Source of the DNA: Phoronis australis
Taxonomy: Eukaryota > Animalia > Phoronida
NCBI GenBank assembly: GCA_002633005.1
Contig: NMRA01000078.1
Coordinates: forward strand, 801,565 to 865,564
Length of the DNA stretch: 64,000 nt
Direction: 5' to 3'
Part shown: positions 38,401 through 52,095 of the stretch, piece after piece
How positions within the stretch are numbered: position 1 is the stretch's first letter
Layout of the letters: every line of letters begins with the position of its first letter
Position numbers and translations under genes: made by a program
The notes under the pieces: model-generated
What the model was told of the DNA's origin: nothing
The model's database searches: none
What the model saw: the letters and a program-made list of their open reading frames with translations, nothing else

Positions 38401-41400
38401 CAGACCTGCATTGACTGCATCATGTGGGTGTTTGAAAGTCCAAACTGCTCATAGTTTGTGTGTCGAGTCTTGAAATAAAGGTATTGACGAGTCAAAACAG
38501 GTTGTCAAAAGAATGTGTACCTGGCGACCTCTGGTGTTGGTCTTAGGAAGTTTGTCATATGTGGTTTCCTGCATCATAGTTTATAGATGGTCTACCTCGA
38601 TCCTACTCCTTTCAGGATGCCTTCCTGTCTCTGAGATATTGGTGTTTTTGCAGGTTGAAGTTGAAGAAAATGAGGACATAAAGTCGGGCTATAAAATTAG
38701 TTTTCATTTTGAGGAGAATCCTTACTTTGAAAACAAGCTGTTGTGCAAAGAGTTCCATCTGGGACTCAGTGGTAAGTTAATTGTTATGAGTCTTAAGTGA
38801 GGGGGACATTTGTTAATGGTATTGTGTTTGTAAATGTTACTTTCCATGACTGTTGCAATGCGACTTTGGTTTTCGGTATCTCCAGTTTTGAATGCCTTGA
38901 ACACAATTTACAGTCAAACCGTTTTATTAGGAACCTTACCTGCCAGTTCTAAAATGCTCACTGCAACAGAATCTTGTTATCTCCTGATCAACTGGTATGT
39001 GCAATACAGCTGATATAGAAATTTTGGAATCCAGCGAGTGTTTTAAACTCTATACTTTGTAACACTTTCTTCTCTGCTGAATAAGGGGCATGAAAGTGAC
39101 TATTGCCTAGTGTTCCCCACCCTGATGCGTGACTATTGCCCAGTGTTCCCCACCCTGGCGCGTGACTATTGCCCAGTGTTCCCCACCCTGGTGCGTGACT
39201 ATTGCCCAGTGTTTCCCACCCTGGCGCGTGACTATTGCCCAGTGTTCCCCACCCTGGTGCGTGACTATTGCCCAGTGTTCCACACCCTGGTACGTGACTC
39301 TTGCCCAGTGTTCCCCACTACAGAAAATTCCACTGGAATTACAAAAGTTCATGTATGTGTTCAAAAGTCCAAGTCCATACTGTGGGAAGTTTGATTGTTT
39401 AAATCTTGAAATAAATGCATTGAACCAGTATCAAAATGGCACAATTTGCTTTAAAATGGCTTATCTCTCAATACCTTAAACTCATTGTGCAGGTTTTCAA
39501 ACCAAATCCAAGTAAACCAAATTAGTCTGACTGCAAATTTCAAACTTAACACTGTGACGAGTCGAAGCAGGTTGCGAAGAATGCTGCTTGCCCATCTTTA
39601 TGTGCCACACAGTACCTACAATGCCCACGATTTAAAAATTGGTTTTATTTTCTGTACTTTGGACTAAAGCCATGTTTATATGCAGCACTTTGCACTCGTA
39701 CATTAGAATACAGCATACGCAAATCTACGCCTGGTTGTAGATGTAAATTTACACAGCATTCGTATGGGGAAAAAGAAAAGCAATATTTGTGCTCAGTACG
39801 CTTTACATTTCACCGCAAGTTCGACACCAGCAACGTTTCCCAGTAAAGAGAAGGTTCTTCAGATGCAATTGCCTTCAATCTGGGGAGCTCTGAGGCTCAG
39901 GAATAGATCCCTAAGGGATTGGTTTTGGAAGAATCTTGCAACGTCAAATAATATTAAGAACGATTGATGGATTAGTATCAAAACACATTCAATGATGAAA
40001 ATTTCAAAGATGAAGGGTGGTTTGAAAATTGTCAAATGGCAGATGCTCTTCCATAGGCTTGCTCATTTTACCAAGTATACTTTGAACGCATTACATTCAG
40101 ATGATACAATCCTCCTCTCAGCCAAATCGTAATGAAAGCATACAGGATTTGGTAAACGCACTGTTGTTCACCTGGCGGAGTTAAGAAAGTAGGTGTTTTC
40201 CTGTTCTCGATGCATATGCAAAATAAGCAAAGAGACAGCTGCTCAAAATTTCAACAAAGCCATCACTTGAATGATGATAAATTTGGATTTTCCCAATTGA
40301 GGCAGTTTAGTAATGTTATCGATGGAAGTGCCTTAACAGTGATAGTGTCTAAAATATTGTTCGCGGATTTTTATTCAACAACATGGTTCTAGTATTCGAT
40401 TATTTTTTGATGTGTGATTTCTCATGTAAACACAAGATGGCTTGCCAAGTCGTGTTCATGACATGCTGGCTTTTGGAAATTAAGTGTTGAAGGTGAAATA
40501 CGATCTTTGGCAAAATGAGCCAAAAAGCTGATTTGTCCTCATGAAGTCATACATATGCCTATTGCACCTCCATAGGGATGGTGCATATCCAGTGAAATCG
40601 TGAACAAAAAAAGCTTTGAAAGTTTCACCTAGCAGCAACCGCAGCAACGCCACCAGCAGCAACAGCAGCAGCGCTGCTGGCAGCAACAGCAGCAGCGCCG
40701 CTGGCAGCAACAGCAGCAGCAGCAACAGCATTTCAATAGAAGACCATGTTGAACCAATATGACAACAGAAGATCTTTTGGTCATTTAAAGGGAAGTGGTG
40801 TTTCTTTAAGAAGAGATGAGATTTCGTAATGGCACTTTTGGCAAAGTGATCTTGCTTTTCCTCCCATGAGTTAATTTAATTCGCGTTCACATGCGCTAGG
40901 TGTATATTTGCACGTGTGTAAATGTACATCTACGTGACCCGAGGAGGTGGAGTAATTATAGACTCAAGTGTAGCTTTTACGGATGTTTTTGTATTTTTTG
41001 GCAAAAATAGACACTGCGTAAATATAGTCAGGTATAAATCTACACTCCATAGATCCAATACATTAGCACTGTTCTTGTAGCGAGATATCTTCACTTTATG
41101 CAACAGAAGTTGTGAATCCTGTCCCATAGTTTAATGTTTCAACCTCACTGACCAATCACTTAAAGGGATGTTAAACCCTGTTGTGATGATTTAAACCAAT
41201 CCTCTTTCTGTTTCCTGCTAATGCATCATAAGCGTCAATCTTGAAAGATAAAAGCAGGAATCATCTAAAAGATTCTACTCTTATTTCACAAACTGGACAT
41301 TATGGTCATTGGGTGGTCTTTTCCCACTGTTGTTGTGTAATTTGGTAAAAGCATAGGTCACGCTTTCCCATTTAGTAGACTTTGAAAGGAGTTTAAAAAT

Positions 41401-44400
41401 TTTCCTCCAAACGTTTGAGGGTTGTCAAGGGTTACAGCGCATTTATTCCGTTTCAGAGAATTGGACGGGAAAGTCATTTTTAGTATTTGTTAATAGGCCA
41501 AAACCGGGTTTGGTATCCTTTTAAGTGGCCGCCATATTGCTAGTAAGTTCTCCAACATGTACTCAAAACACTCGCCTTTCACATGCGTGACATTGTGTCG
41601 TCTAAGGTCTCGTATTAGCTTGCTTTGCTGGCGAGAGACTTGGTCTATGGAACGCACCCCAGCTCTCATAATGTTTAATGTTTTGTCTTGCTTGCTCGCC
41701 AGGTAACCCCACGGCACAGGCAACTGAAATAAAATGGAAGGCTGGACATAGCCTGGTGTCTGCGGAACGCCAGAAGACATTGTTGGGGAAACGCAAATTG
41801 AACAGGCGGAAGTTCTTTGATTGGTTCAGTGACACATCTGATCCATCAGCTGATGATATTGCTGAGGTAATGTCGGGCAAAACATTCATTAATAACTAAT
41901 TTGTGATCGTTAATTTTCATCAACATTTGCTTGAGCTCTCTGTGTCGTTGATAGCCATTCCCTGCACACCAGTAAAGCAGATGGGCAAGACGTAAGAAAA
42001 CTAGGAATTAAAATGTCAGCTGAATTTTGAGGCTGTTCTTTCATAGCTGTCATTTTAATCATTAGTTTTATTTTGTCTCTAAGCCGTCAAAGAGAGCTCG
42101 AGCAAATATCATTGAAAATTATTAATTGTGAGAACATTGTTGTGTGCTCAACAAATTTTGTCCACAGGAGGCTCTGCTTTCAAAATATTCTAATTAATGA
42201 GTTATTCACATTTCATTCAAGAAAATGTGATGACCTCTGCTTCAGCGAAGCTGTAATATTGTGGAACATATAATATGGAGGAAAGAAGGAATTTTATTTT
42301 GTACCTGGCAGGTGTTCTGAATAAATGCCTAATCATTGACTGACATGGCGATTTTTCTGCCTGAAACTTGTCAGACTGGCAGGGAAAGCTGTGTGTGACT
42401 GTGGCTTTGAATAAATTCAAAAATGGAGGGTTTGGTGTATTGCTCGATTCTTTATATTTGGATATACGGGTAATGGTCTGATATATCGTGCCCGAATTTT
42501 GAGAACCAGTTTTCTCCTCTGAATATCGAACGTCATACTGGTTTTCAAAATACGGGCACGTTATATCAGACTATTGCCAAATATACCTGTATAGTGTGTC
42601 CCAGCCTGGTTATGTTCTGTTGGAATAGTTAGCAATGTTAATACAAGACTTTCATTTTCGCTTTAGTATGATTTAAACCAGGTTTGACAGTTTTTTTTTC
42701 TAACTGTTAATTTGTTCCATTGGGGTATATGTACACTTGTATGACATTTGCGTGAAGCATGGCTTGTGTGTTAAAAGTGAATTAACTGACCTAGTGAAAA
42801 AGCCATTTGTTAGTATGTTTTAAGCCGATTATCATTACAAAACTGGTCTCAATTTGTTTTCTAATCAGTTAAAAGTGATTTGTAGACTTGAAAAGAAATG
42901 ATTGTTAGCCATTGCTTGAGACTGTGCTTTGTGTGTAAAGTGACGTGCAGAGGGATTCTATGTTTTGAGCCTGTTTTCACCATGCAAACTCAAAATCAGA
43001 TTTTACCAAGTCCAGATATCTTGTGTTAATAAATAATAAATTGAAGCCCGTTTTGTAATAGTACGGAAGCCTTAAATTGAGCTTGAGTTTTAGTCAATTG
43101 TGGGAACGATCTTTAGGGAATTGGTTCTTCAGTTTATTTCACGTTCGACTTAAATGTGAGAGTTGATGCTATCCATGGAGACCATTACAAAAGCGGTCGT
43201 TTCTAGACAGCGTTGTAGTCGTAACTCTTGTTCATTGTGCACAGGTGATTAAAGATGACATGTGGCCAAATCCCCTGCAGTATTATCTGGCCCCCGGTGA
43301 TGCCAATGGAATGTACAGGTAAGTGGTCATCGAATACTCTCGTAAGTGTGCTTCATTTAATCGTTGATTAGCGCCAACTTCCAGTTTCTTTCAATATCAT
43401 TTGTAAAAGGGTAAAAGGGATTTCACGATTATGTTCGAGTTACTTAGTCTTTTTCATGATTTCATGGTTTAAGGTGATCTTTGACCCTAGAAGAGTGTCC
43501 AGTTTTGGCCATTCATGTCTCAGAAATGACCGGTCAGCTACAAATGAAGGTTAATACGCTGCTCTCGAAAACGCCGCTTGGGCTAAGCGTTTGTTTTTAA
43601 AATGATCTATTTTCGCAAGAGGAGGTATCAAAAATGGGACTTTCGTGAATTTTTTTTGAAAAAACCCTAAAAATTGTGTAAGGTGAAAACGACATGGTAC
43701 TTAAGAAAACTTAGCACTTTCAAAATTTCGAGTTTTGCGGAATTTGGTAATGGTGTTGGTGCCGATGTTTTACTGTGAAAGTGTTGCTTTCTTTTTTGCT
43801 TAATTTTACTAAGAAGACGACGTATGATCCAATCAATGGCAAATATAACGTACAAATTAAATTCTACAGAGTGTTCGCCTTCAGAAATATATACTATTAC
43901 CCAGTGAAGTTTTGTAGATGTGTAGATATTTGGCTGAATGTGTGGACTTGTTAATACGGTCCTGCATAGCCTTAAGCCATGTTGCTGTGTCTTCTCTCCC
44001 AAAGTCATGTTTTGGAGCATAGCTTGTGTACTCGCAGCTCCCTCTTGTGCAAAGATACTGTTCTGTTTTGTAGTGACGAAGAGGACGATGATGGGGAAGA
44101 GGATGACTCTGTTGTTGTCATCGGTGATGATGATGATGATGAAGACGATGAATTAGGAGAAGGTTGGTAGCATGCTATACTGAAATGCCTGTTGGTGTGG
44201 ACTGGGCGTTGTTTGAGATATCTGGAGTATAATTCAATTGTAGCACCGCTAGTGGTTAAAAATAGTGCGGGTGATCTGATACATGTTGCATCATACATGC
44301 ACAGACCATTCAGCCTGGCCCATCGCACCAAACACCAGAAACGGCAATAGCCAGGTGTAACGTGTCCACATTTTGAGAACCAGTCGGATGTCGGTTATTC

Positions 44401-46369
44401 TGTGGAGAAAACTAGTTCACAAAATGCGAGCACATTGTATCTAGCAATTACCCCCTGAAACCATTTCAACACGTATAAACATATACGTAAATTAAGAGCG
44501 AGCTGAGGAGCTACAGATCATACAAGAGGGTCAAGCAGTCGGAATCGAACCTTTGACCTTTTGAGTAGGAGGCAGACACTCGACCCACTAGGCCACACCG
44601 TCACTCGGGGTTTTATATTTAATATCTTTTTTCACTGTCTGCTGATTTCACAGTCGCATGTTTCCTCTAACCCATACACCATTGGATACTCAGTTGCCTA
44701 TTGCTGAAAGCTGCGGTAACTCAGCTGAGAGTGCGAAGGTACGATTTCAGACGAGCTATTGCTGTTTCACGCTCCGTGGAGTTTCTTTTAAGATCACCCC
44801 CTCGTTGACGTTGGTTCTGAAAAGAATTAGTCACCGGGCACTTAATCAGGAACGTTTGAATAATGGGAGTATTTCAGTTAATGAGTGGAATAAAATCTTT
44901 ACTAACGCAAGTGAGAGAGGTCGTTGTTATGGTTAATGGGAAAGCGTGTAGTCTTAGCAGTGCGACTGTGCAAGGTCACGTTGGGAATGAGAGGAACACA
45001 GTCTCTGAGTATCTCTCTATATTACTGCGATCTACTGAGATAATTAACATAAATTATTTCTAAGCTGTGAAATGCTAGTAGTTACTTGGCTCAACCTGTA
45101 TTCAGGAATTGTGAAGTTAAGAATTATTATCAATCGGACTTAAAGCACTTTTCATAAAGCAGACTCGTGATCGTGTTTCAGAAGACTATATTGATGAAGG
45201 AGACGAGAGCTTAGATGCTGAAGGACTGGTGGAGGAGCCTGAAGAGGAGGAGGGAGAAGAAGGTAGGGGTTATTGAGTGCACTGATAAGGGTCACTGAGT
45301 GCAGGTGATGGTAGGGGTTATGATAGGGGTTATTGAGTGCACTGATAAGGGTCACTGAGTGCAAGTGATGGTAAGGGTTATGGTAGGGGTTATTGAGTGT
45401 ACTGATAAGGGTCACTGAGTGTAAGTGATGGTACGGGTTGTGGTAGGAGTTAATGAGTGCATATGATGATAAGGGTACATATAATGGTAGGGGTTACTGA
45501 GGGCATGCTATGGTAGGGGTTAATGAGTACGTGTAATGGTAGGGAATATTGAGTGCATGTTATAGTAGTAGTTATTGAGTGCCTGTAATGGTAGGGGTTA
45601 AGGGGTACGATAATGATGGTGTTTTTATGGTAGGGGTTACTGAATACATATTATGGTAGCGGTTATTAAGTGCATACAGTGGTAAGCATATTGGGCGCAT
45701 CACATGATAGGGGTTATCACATGCCTTTAATGGTGGGGTTATTGAATGCGTACATTGGTAGGAGTTATTGAGTGCATTGGTAGTTGTTAATGAGTACATG
45801 GATGACTGTTGGGGTCATTGGCTCAGCACTGGTTGAAGCCTCTTACAGCGCCATCTTTGGAAACCAGTGTCTTAGTTTTTGTTTTAGGATGGAACACTCT
45901 ACTTTGAATATTCGGATAAGTTGGTATTCCTAATTGCAAATGATGAAACAATGGGCCAACTGGAGTTCATTTTTTGCTTCTGATCAATGGAATGAATCCT
46001 TACAGCTATCTTGATTTATCCAAGGTTGAACTTTGCGATTCTGGCTGTCAATGACCAAATTAGCGCTGTGTAAGGGTCGCTGAATGCAGTTATGACGAGG
46101 TCATCTGCTAGTTGTGTGGCGATATGAATGTATGTGTCAGAGGGCTGGTTCAACCAGGCCAATATGTTTTGTTCGAGTGCAGTCAAATCTTATCCTAAGG
46201 GTCGGTTGAATGAACTAGAAGGAGCGTGTTGCCAAACTTTACTCACAATAAACAAAGTTCTAATCCGTATTTGACTTATTCGAATTTCGTAAATATATTC
46301 CCCGTGGTGTCGCCTGTGTTTATGCTATGCAACCTCTGTACTTCAGGTGATGATGAAGAAGCTGCCTGA
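35172..46369 (+). CDS. SET: Protein SET / TAF-I (NAP family histone chaperone), ~294 aa, gene span
   Basis: Exons 35172-35435, 37939-38010, 38654-38771, 41703-41866, 43245-43318, 44074-44162, 45182-45262, 46347-46369. Motifs [83 protein letters not shown], acidic tail. Confidence 0.93.
35812..37010 (-). mobile_element. 5'-truncated, decayed non-LTR retrotransposon (L2/CR1-group LINE) in SET intron 1
   Basis: Minus-strand RT remnants [48 protein letters not shown], with frameshifts and stops. The 3' tail has a GAGGGC...GCCCTC stem followed by (AAAT)n. Confidence 0.8.
37939..38010 (+). CDS. SET: SET exon 2
   Basis: tacag|[24 protein letters not shown]|gtattg. Confidence 0.9.
38654..38771 (+). 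CDS. SET: SET exon 3
   Basis: ttgcag|[28 protein letters not shown]..|gtaagt. Confidence 0.92.
39097..39317 (+). repeat. 33-bp minisatellite (~6.7 copies)
   Basis: Unit GTGACTATTGCCCAGTGTTCCCCACCCTGGCGC. Confidence 0.95.
40631..40730 (+). repeat. Interrupted (CAG/CAA)n tract in SET intron 3
   Basis: AGCAGCAACCGCAGCAAC...CAGCAGCAGCAGCAACAGCA. Confidence 0.9.
41703..41866 (+). CDS. SET: SET exon 4
   Basis: [31 protein letters not shown]|gtaatg. Confidence 0.92.
42469..42578. mobile_element. Hairpin (foldback) MITE with ~42-bp arms; related copy at 44343-44452
   Basis: GGTAATGGTCTGATATATCGTGCCCGAATTTTGAGAACCAGT is an imperfect inverted match of ACTGGTTTTCAAAATACGGGCACGTTATATCAGACTATTGCC. Confidence 0.65.
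43245..43318 (+). CDS. SET: SET exon 5
   Basis: cacag|[24 protein letters not shown]|gtaagt. Confidence 0.92.
44074..44162 (+). CDS. SET: SET exon 6 (acidic tail)
   Basis: ttgtag|[29 protein letters not shown]|gttggt. Confidence 0.85.
44457..44606 (-). mobile_element. tRNA-derived SINE (same family)
   Basis: Minus strand: TGGCCTAGTGG...GGTTCGATTCC...CTGTAGCTCCTCAGCTC...AAATGGTT. Confidence 0.7.
45182..45262 (+). CDS. SET: SET exon 7 (acidic tail)
   Basis: tttcag|[27 protein letters not shown]|gtaggg. Confidence 0.8.
45262..45820 (+). repeat. G-rich satellite (60-bp period decaying to a ~24-bp GGTAGGGGTTATTGAGTGCA core)
   Basis: Units start at 45262, 45322 and 45382, then degenerate. Confidence 0.9.
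46347..46369 (+). CDS. SET: SET exon 8 (last coding)
   Basis: cttcag|GDDEEAA*; phase 1 fits. Confidence 0.75.
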
Positions 46370-49300
46370 TTGGTGCCAAGGAAGAGGGGTCATGCTTCTG
46401 AACTTTGACCTGAATACAGGAGGACCAATTATTTGCCTCTATTTTATCATATCGAATGACTGAGCTGTATAATTGAGATAGATTACAGACACCCTCTTTA
46501 TCAACTATGTCAAGTGCAGTTGCTCATACTCAGTTCAGACTCATAACTGGTTTGTCTATTATCTTAGAACACGTATGCATTTCAGTGGCGAGCCTTGATT
46601 TATTTCAATTTAACGTTTTACAACACAAACGAACTTATGAAATAAGGGACATATCACATGTCATTACATCATTCAAAATTAGCCAATTTTTACGTCCCTC
46701 ACTTTGCGGTCACTTGTCATAACGGCCCCCCCACCTTATCCAGTCACTATTTCAATCGTCGCATCTGTACCCGTGGTATTTAATGCATTGGGTGCACCCA
46801 CTGTTTGGATGATAAAACAACATGGAAGAGTGAAAGAGGATATTGTGTCACCGTGGTTGCGAAGGGTTAATTTCCTTTGAAATGGCCAGACAGGTGCATA
46901 AATGAGCATGATTATAATCTACTTAAAATGAGTCTTACTAAAAACTGTTCTTGGAGAGACATTCTCTATTCACACAATTTGTGTCCTTCAACTTAAACTG
47001 CATTTATAACAAGAATATTGACGATATAACCAAACCTCTAACCCTCTCCCCTCGCCGTCTAACCTTTTTTCGAATGTGATGACATAACACGTGAACGGTC
47101 CCCAAGGCAAGATAATGCTGCAAATTCGTCACTATACTATTTCTGAGGTGGAGCTTGTGGGATGCATTTTCGGCAAGTTAAAGTATCTGATTTGTTTGTT
47201 GTAGTTTGAAGTTGCAGATTTTTGAGACTCCAAAGTCTTACGCAGTCTCACTGTCAGTGCTGTTGCACTTCAGTCTTGGTGTGCGCGGTGTTTATGTAAC
47301 AGTTCGTGTGCATACCTGTTCTTGAAGCCTGAACATTGTAAAACCAGGAATGTACTGTAGTGGGAGTCCACTTAAAGTCAAACCGAATAATAGAATGTCC
47401 TGGTTATTGTAATGAAATGTCAAAAAACACGAATCAATTTCAGTTGTGACCATGTAAATGAATGGCATAATGGCCTTGAATATTATTATCGTCCTGTTCT
47501 CATTTATTGTGATTAAGAAGTTGGCAAAATTGATTCTTACCCGCCTATTAGCATATGGTCCTTCGCATTTCTATCTATAAAGTACCGTAATTCATCTTCA
47601 TTTGCCATATCGATGCGCGGTGCTATGGCTAAAAATCAGCTGTTTCCTATTTAGTTGTCGTGCTCGAGTGTCTCTCCACTTAGCATGATCAGGTAATGAT
47701 TGCAATCGTCATCGAATCAGAACCCGCTTAATGAAACGTCCCGCTAATTATGATAACTTACATCAAACCCCGAGGGTATGACATCGCGCAGGTTCCACTG
47801 TAGTACATTCTTGTACACTGTCCGTGTCATCTATTGTAAAGTCACTTAATGTTTGTGAAGTCGGTTATCAGTGCCCTGGTATTATTCTGGTGTTTAGGTT
47901 ACTTTGTAGATGTCCCCATGTAAATAATTTACTGTTGTATATCCTAGGTAGGTTGCATATTAAGTCAAGTAGTCATTTCTAAACAAAGCACTTCATCTCG
48001 CATACTAGCAGCCAGTGTCTCTAATTTACCCCTCGGTTTCATGTTGTATTGTAAAGCTCACAAAGTTGTGTCTAATTACACTGTGAGATTTAATTAGAGT
48101 GAGGCGAAATTCAACTTTCCTGAGAAGCCGAGTGCAACAACTATAAAAACGGTATAGCAGAACATTGCCTGTATCGGGTGAAGACATGACTTGCTCACGT
48201 CCAGTTTACGCGAGTGTTACTTTATTTTGACCACAAAGATGACCGTGCCATGAGTCACCTGTGGTTGTACAGCGATTGTATTGTGTGCTGGCTGACCATT
48301 GAAGCCCTGTTGTTATTGGATGTGAATAACAGTACTGTGTTTGTACAATGACTTGTTATTCATTCATGCAATCGTTATTGAAGAGAAGGATGAGCAGATG
48401 TTTTTCGTCCTCAAGGGTCTTCAGAAATGGGCAGTAATTGAGTCTTTTCCATGAGCCACAGAACACGTAGCCACTGAGTGGAACTTCACAAAACACTTAG
48501 CTACTGAGTGGAACAATGGGAGTAGGACCCATATTAATTGCCACAAAACCTACCACACACTGTTTGAAAGTATTTCACATTTAAACACCAGTCTGCTTGG
48601 CCTTACCGTAAGACGCCTACATTTTAATCATGTGACTTGTGATTGGCACTGCCTGTCTATGGTGATCACACAGCATTGGGTAGACTTTGAGCATTAAAGT
48701 TACTAGTAAAGGATGCCTTTGTGAATGTTGTTTCAAGTCTGTTCTGCCATCTGACTGGGCATCCTATCTGCCTTATACAAATTCCATGTTAGGAGTGTAT
48801 TGCAACTTTACATACAAAGAACCCTTGTCATGCACATATTCATGCAAAAATTCAACACCCTGAAAAGTTCACAATGCATGGCACAGAAACAAGTTGAGGC
48901 AAAACATTCTGAATTTTGATTGGCTGCCTTGAAAGACATCACAAGCAACACCATCTTGACTGATGGTAGCTGACTGTACCTACTCCTACACACTTAACGT
49001 TTTGTGTTGGAAACCCTGGTAAAGCTTGTGGTTCATAGAGCTGTGCAAAGGCATAGTCTGGTGTTTCACTTTGTTCTGACTGCAAGACTTTAAGACCGAC
49101 CAGAAACACTATTTTTTATTGTCTCCCTCGTTAGGTCCACAGGAGGTTCAACTCCCGCCATTTGAAGTGCCCTGTTTATATGTTGGTGTTTGCAACTGGT
49201 TCCACACCGAACCTGTCAAAATTTAAAGTACAAATTGAAATATCTGACTACCATAATGTAAATGCATATCCTAATTATGAATTTCACTATGGAAGTTGTC

Positions 49301-52047
49301 ATTTTGTTCTAGGAGGGGGTAACCAGCCAGCATAGTGGCTCAGTATTTTATGGATGGCTGTAAGTCCTGGGCCTTTTGGAACTGACATGCAAGGTCAGTG
49401 ATTTCCTTGTAAACCCTGCTCTTTGTATGCAATTGTCCCATTTGGCCTGTGTAAATAAAAAAAGGCTTGTGATCCTCACTAAGAGGTTAGTTATTTTACT
49501 ACCCCCTATGCCTTCTGAATAGCCCTGCCCTGCCCGAAATGGTATCGTTGATATTGTTGCCATGGCCAAAACACATTGTAACAGTCACACCCAATTCTAA
49601 TATTTGGGGGCCCTTAACTAGATTGAATTGGGGGCCCCCTGCCAATGACTGTAAACTTCATCTCTTAATCATCGAGTTCCCTCGTCTCTAGGGGGCCTGA
49701 GTAGTCTCCTGTGTTGCCTTGAGGGGGAGCTAGCCTCGACAGTGAGATTAGTATTTGTTAAGACAAACATGTTAAGTTCTGTAACAGCTGGTCAAGGAGA
49801 AACGAAAACAGTGTGATTGATTTAAACGAATTTGTATTTACAATTTAAAAAGGAAATCCAGACAATTAATTTCGCACATTCTGAAAAATGCAAATCAATT
49901 GTGAAACTACACCTCAATAGAAATGACTTGGTGTTTTGCAGTGCAAATTATGAAAGTAAACAGGACACAAGTGAGCTACTTAGCACATCAAAATCTGGCA
50001 ACTTTTCATATTGAGTCTCAGAGAGCATTTGCTAGCTTCACGTTTACTTTTCTCAAATTTTTGTCAAATAAAACACGTTTGTCAATAACATGCAAAATAG
50101 ATAATCATAATTGTGCATACAAAAGCACTTACTAACCCAAGTCTGAGTGTAAATGGTTAGCAATGAATTGGGAGTCACTAGACATGCTATTAGCGAGCTA
50201 GACGGCCAGGACTTTACATGTGATGCACATATATACAGATAGCAACTGTTACCTTAAAATAAACTTGCCACAATGAAACTCAATACGACGTGGAAAGCTT
50301 GTCCTCTTAGTTGAATTTTAAGGAGACTAGGGAAATTATGCAACAACTGAACATCGGACTGAACGACAAGTGAACAGGAGAGCACATACTCAAGTGTTAG
50401 TGTACCATGCAGCCAGTAACAGATGTCGCCACTGTGCCATGAACAACTTGCCAACGGGACTGAAGTCAATAAGGGCACTGTAAACCCATCATCTGTCGAA
50501 AACATATATTTAATAAGGTCACTCACAGTTAGGCCTACAAACTGCTCTCAATATCTCTTTACTAGGATTATGGGTGATTTTCAGGTTTGAGAAGCACTGA
50601 CAGTTTGCTATTGCTTGAGACCATGCTCCCCGCACAAAATAACCTTCCGGGTACAGCTTAAAGTGGAACTTGCATGCTAACTCCTTACCTCTGTGATTGC
50701 TTGGTCAAATTAGTTAAAAACAACATATAACGATGATGTGAATATGGCATAGATTGAAAATTGCCAAATAATTTTAAGAACGAAGTTTGTGTCGAAAATG
50801 ATCCGTCGTAAATAACTCAACTGTGTCCAGTAAGTATCATGACATGGTGTTGGGGAATAACACTGCATGATGTACGTCACTGATGCAAAAGACATATTTG
50901 CAGAATTTTGCTTTCACATCAAACAAGTTGTCAATGAATACAACCGCACTTTGTTTAGCATAGACGATGTTCAACCAGCATTGTCGTTTAGTTCCTTCTC
51001 TACATTAGCACAGTTAGGAACATGCAAATACATCTTTAATTGATTAGCATGGTGTCGAGGGCTAACGAATGGTCATTACATCCCTATCCCAAAAATAATT
51101 TGAGTAAGGAACATGTCCAGACCAGTTTTGTTTCAGCAAATGGCCTGAATCAAATTTTTTTTCTTCTTTTTTTGATAGAGGGCAAGTTCATAGCAGTCTT
51201 AACACGAATTGATATGTCAAAAATGTACAGCTCCGCAAATTTAATCATCTTACGCTAACAGGATTTGCATGCACGTGGACGAGAAAGCATGTACTGTTTA
51301 CCCCAGAGTGCCCAGAGAAGTCCTCGGCACATCAAAGGCTTGATGGCACCGTCATATACTGAAGTGAGCAAGTTGGGCTGGATGAGATAATTGCGGTTGT
51401 AAACCAAACACACCTGTTCAGCGTACGACTTTCAAAGACAAAAAACGAGCAGTAAGTACGACAAACAACCAAAATGACTTTATAAAATTGAAAAGTAAAT
51501 GGTAGTTGTCTTTGAATTTTTAAAATCGATGTATTATAAGAGAAATTAGTGAATAGATTTTCTTCAGCATCGCGGCTAAGCCACGAGTATTAGTTTGTGG
51601 ATCGATTAGGAAAGGGAAGTCACAATCTGCCTTAGGCTTGCTTTGGACTCTTGTACAAGCAGTTGTTTCTGAAGCGAACCTCTGATGAAATTTGAGCAAA
51701 TCTGAAACTTTCAAACACAACTTCATCAATGCATGCCTATGTTCGCCTGTCAACGAAGAGCTAACTTCCTGATGTGATTACCGCCAGAAGTTGCCATGGG
51801 AACAGGAAAACAAAAAATAGTGCAATTCATTTCCCCCTTACTGAATTCCCAAGATAATTAAATAATACCTTTACGTTGAGTAAATGTCGGGTAAATTGAT
51901 GAGACGTGTAATATAATTACAGAACTTTACAAGCCTTGGCACAAAGCATCAATTTCATGTTTAAAAATAAAAGGTCGTTTGACAGTAGAAACAGCCTATT
52001 CCAAGATCACGAATGCTGAGAAATACGAACGAATCGAGTTCACATCA

Positions 52048-52095
52048 TCAGCAGTAACTCTGAGGTCCTTCGATGGCCCGTAGTTCTTCCATCAC
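52048..52095 (-). CDS. IRAK4-like last coding exon
   Basis: ttgtag|VMEELRAIEGPQSYC*; completes the EVxxxL helix. Confidence 0.75.
   Translation of the reverse strand: MMEELRAIEGPQSYC

Noticed and set aside
39107-39479. Repetitive Cys/Trp-rich ORFs
   Set aside because: Translations of a 33-bp minisatellite in several frames
39840-40392. Coding-like segment in SET intron 3
   Set aside because: Multiple stops in all frames examined and no recognisable motif; cannot be assigned
44530-44606. tRNA gene (also 508-575)
   Set aside because: A and B boxes are present, but there is no convincing cloverleaf and both copies share a non-tRNA 3' body, so they are SINEs
52042-52053. TGC TGA TGA TGT at the kinase C-terminus as possible selenocysteine or readthrough
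   Set aside because: No SECIS recognised and the kinase fold is already complete; tandem stops are the simpler reading
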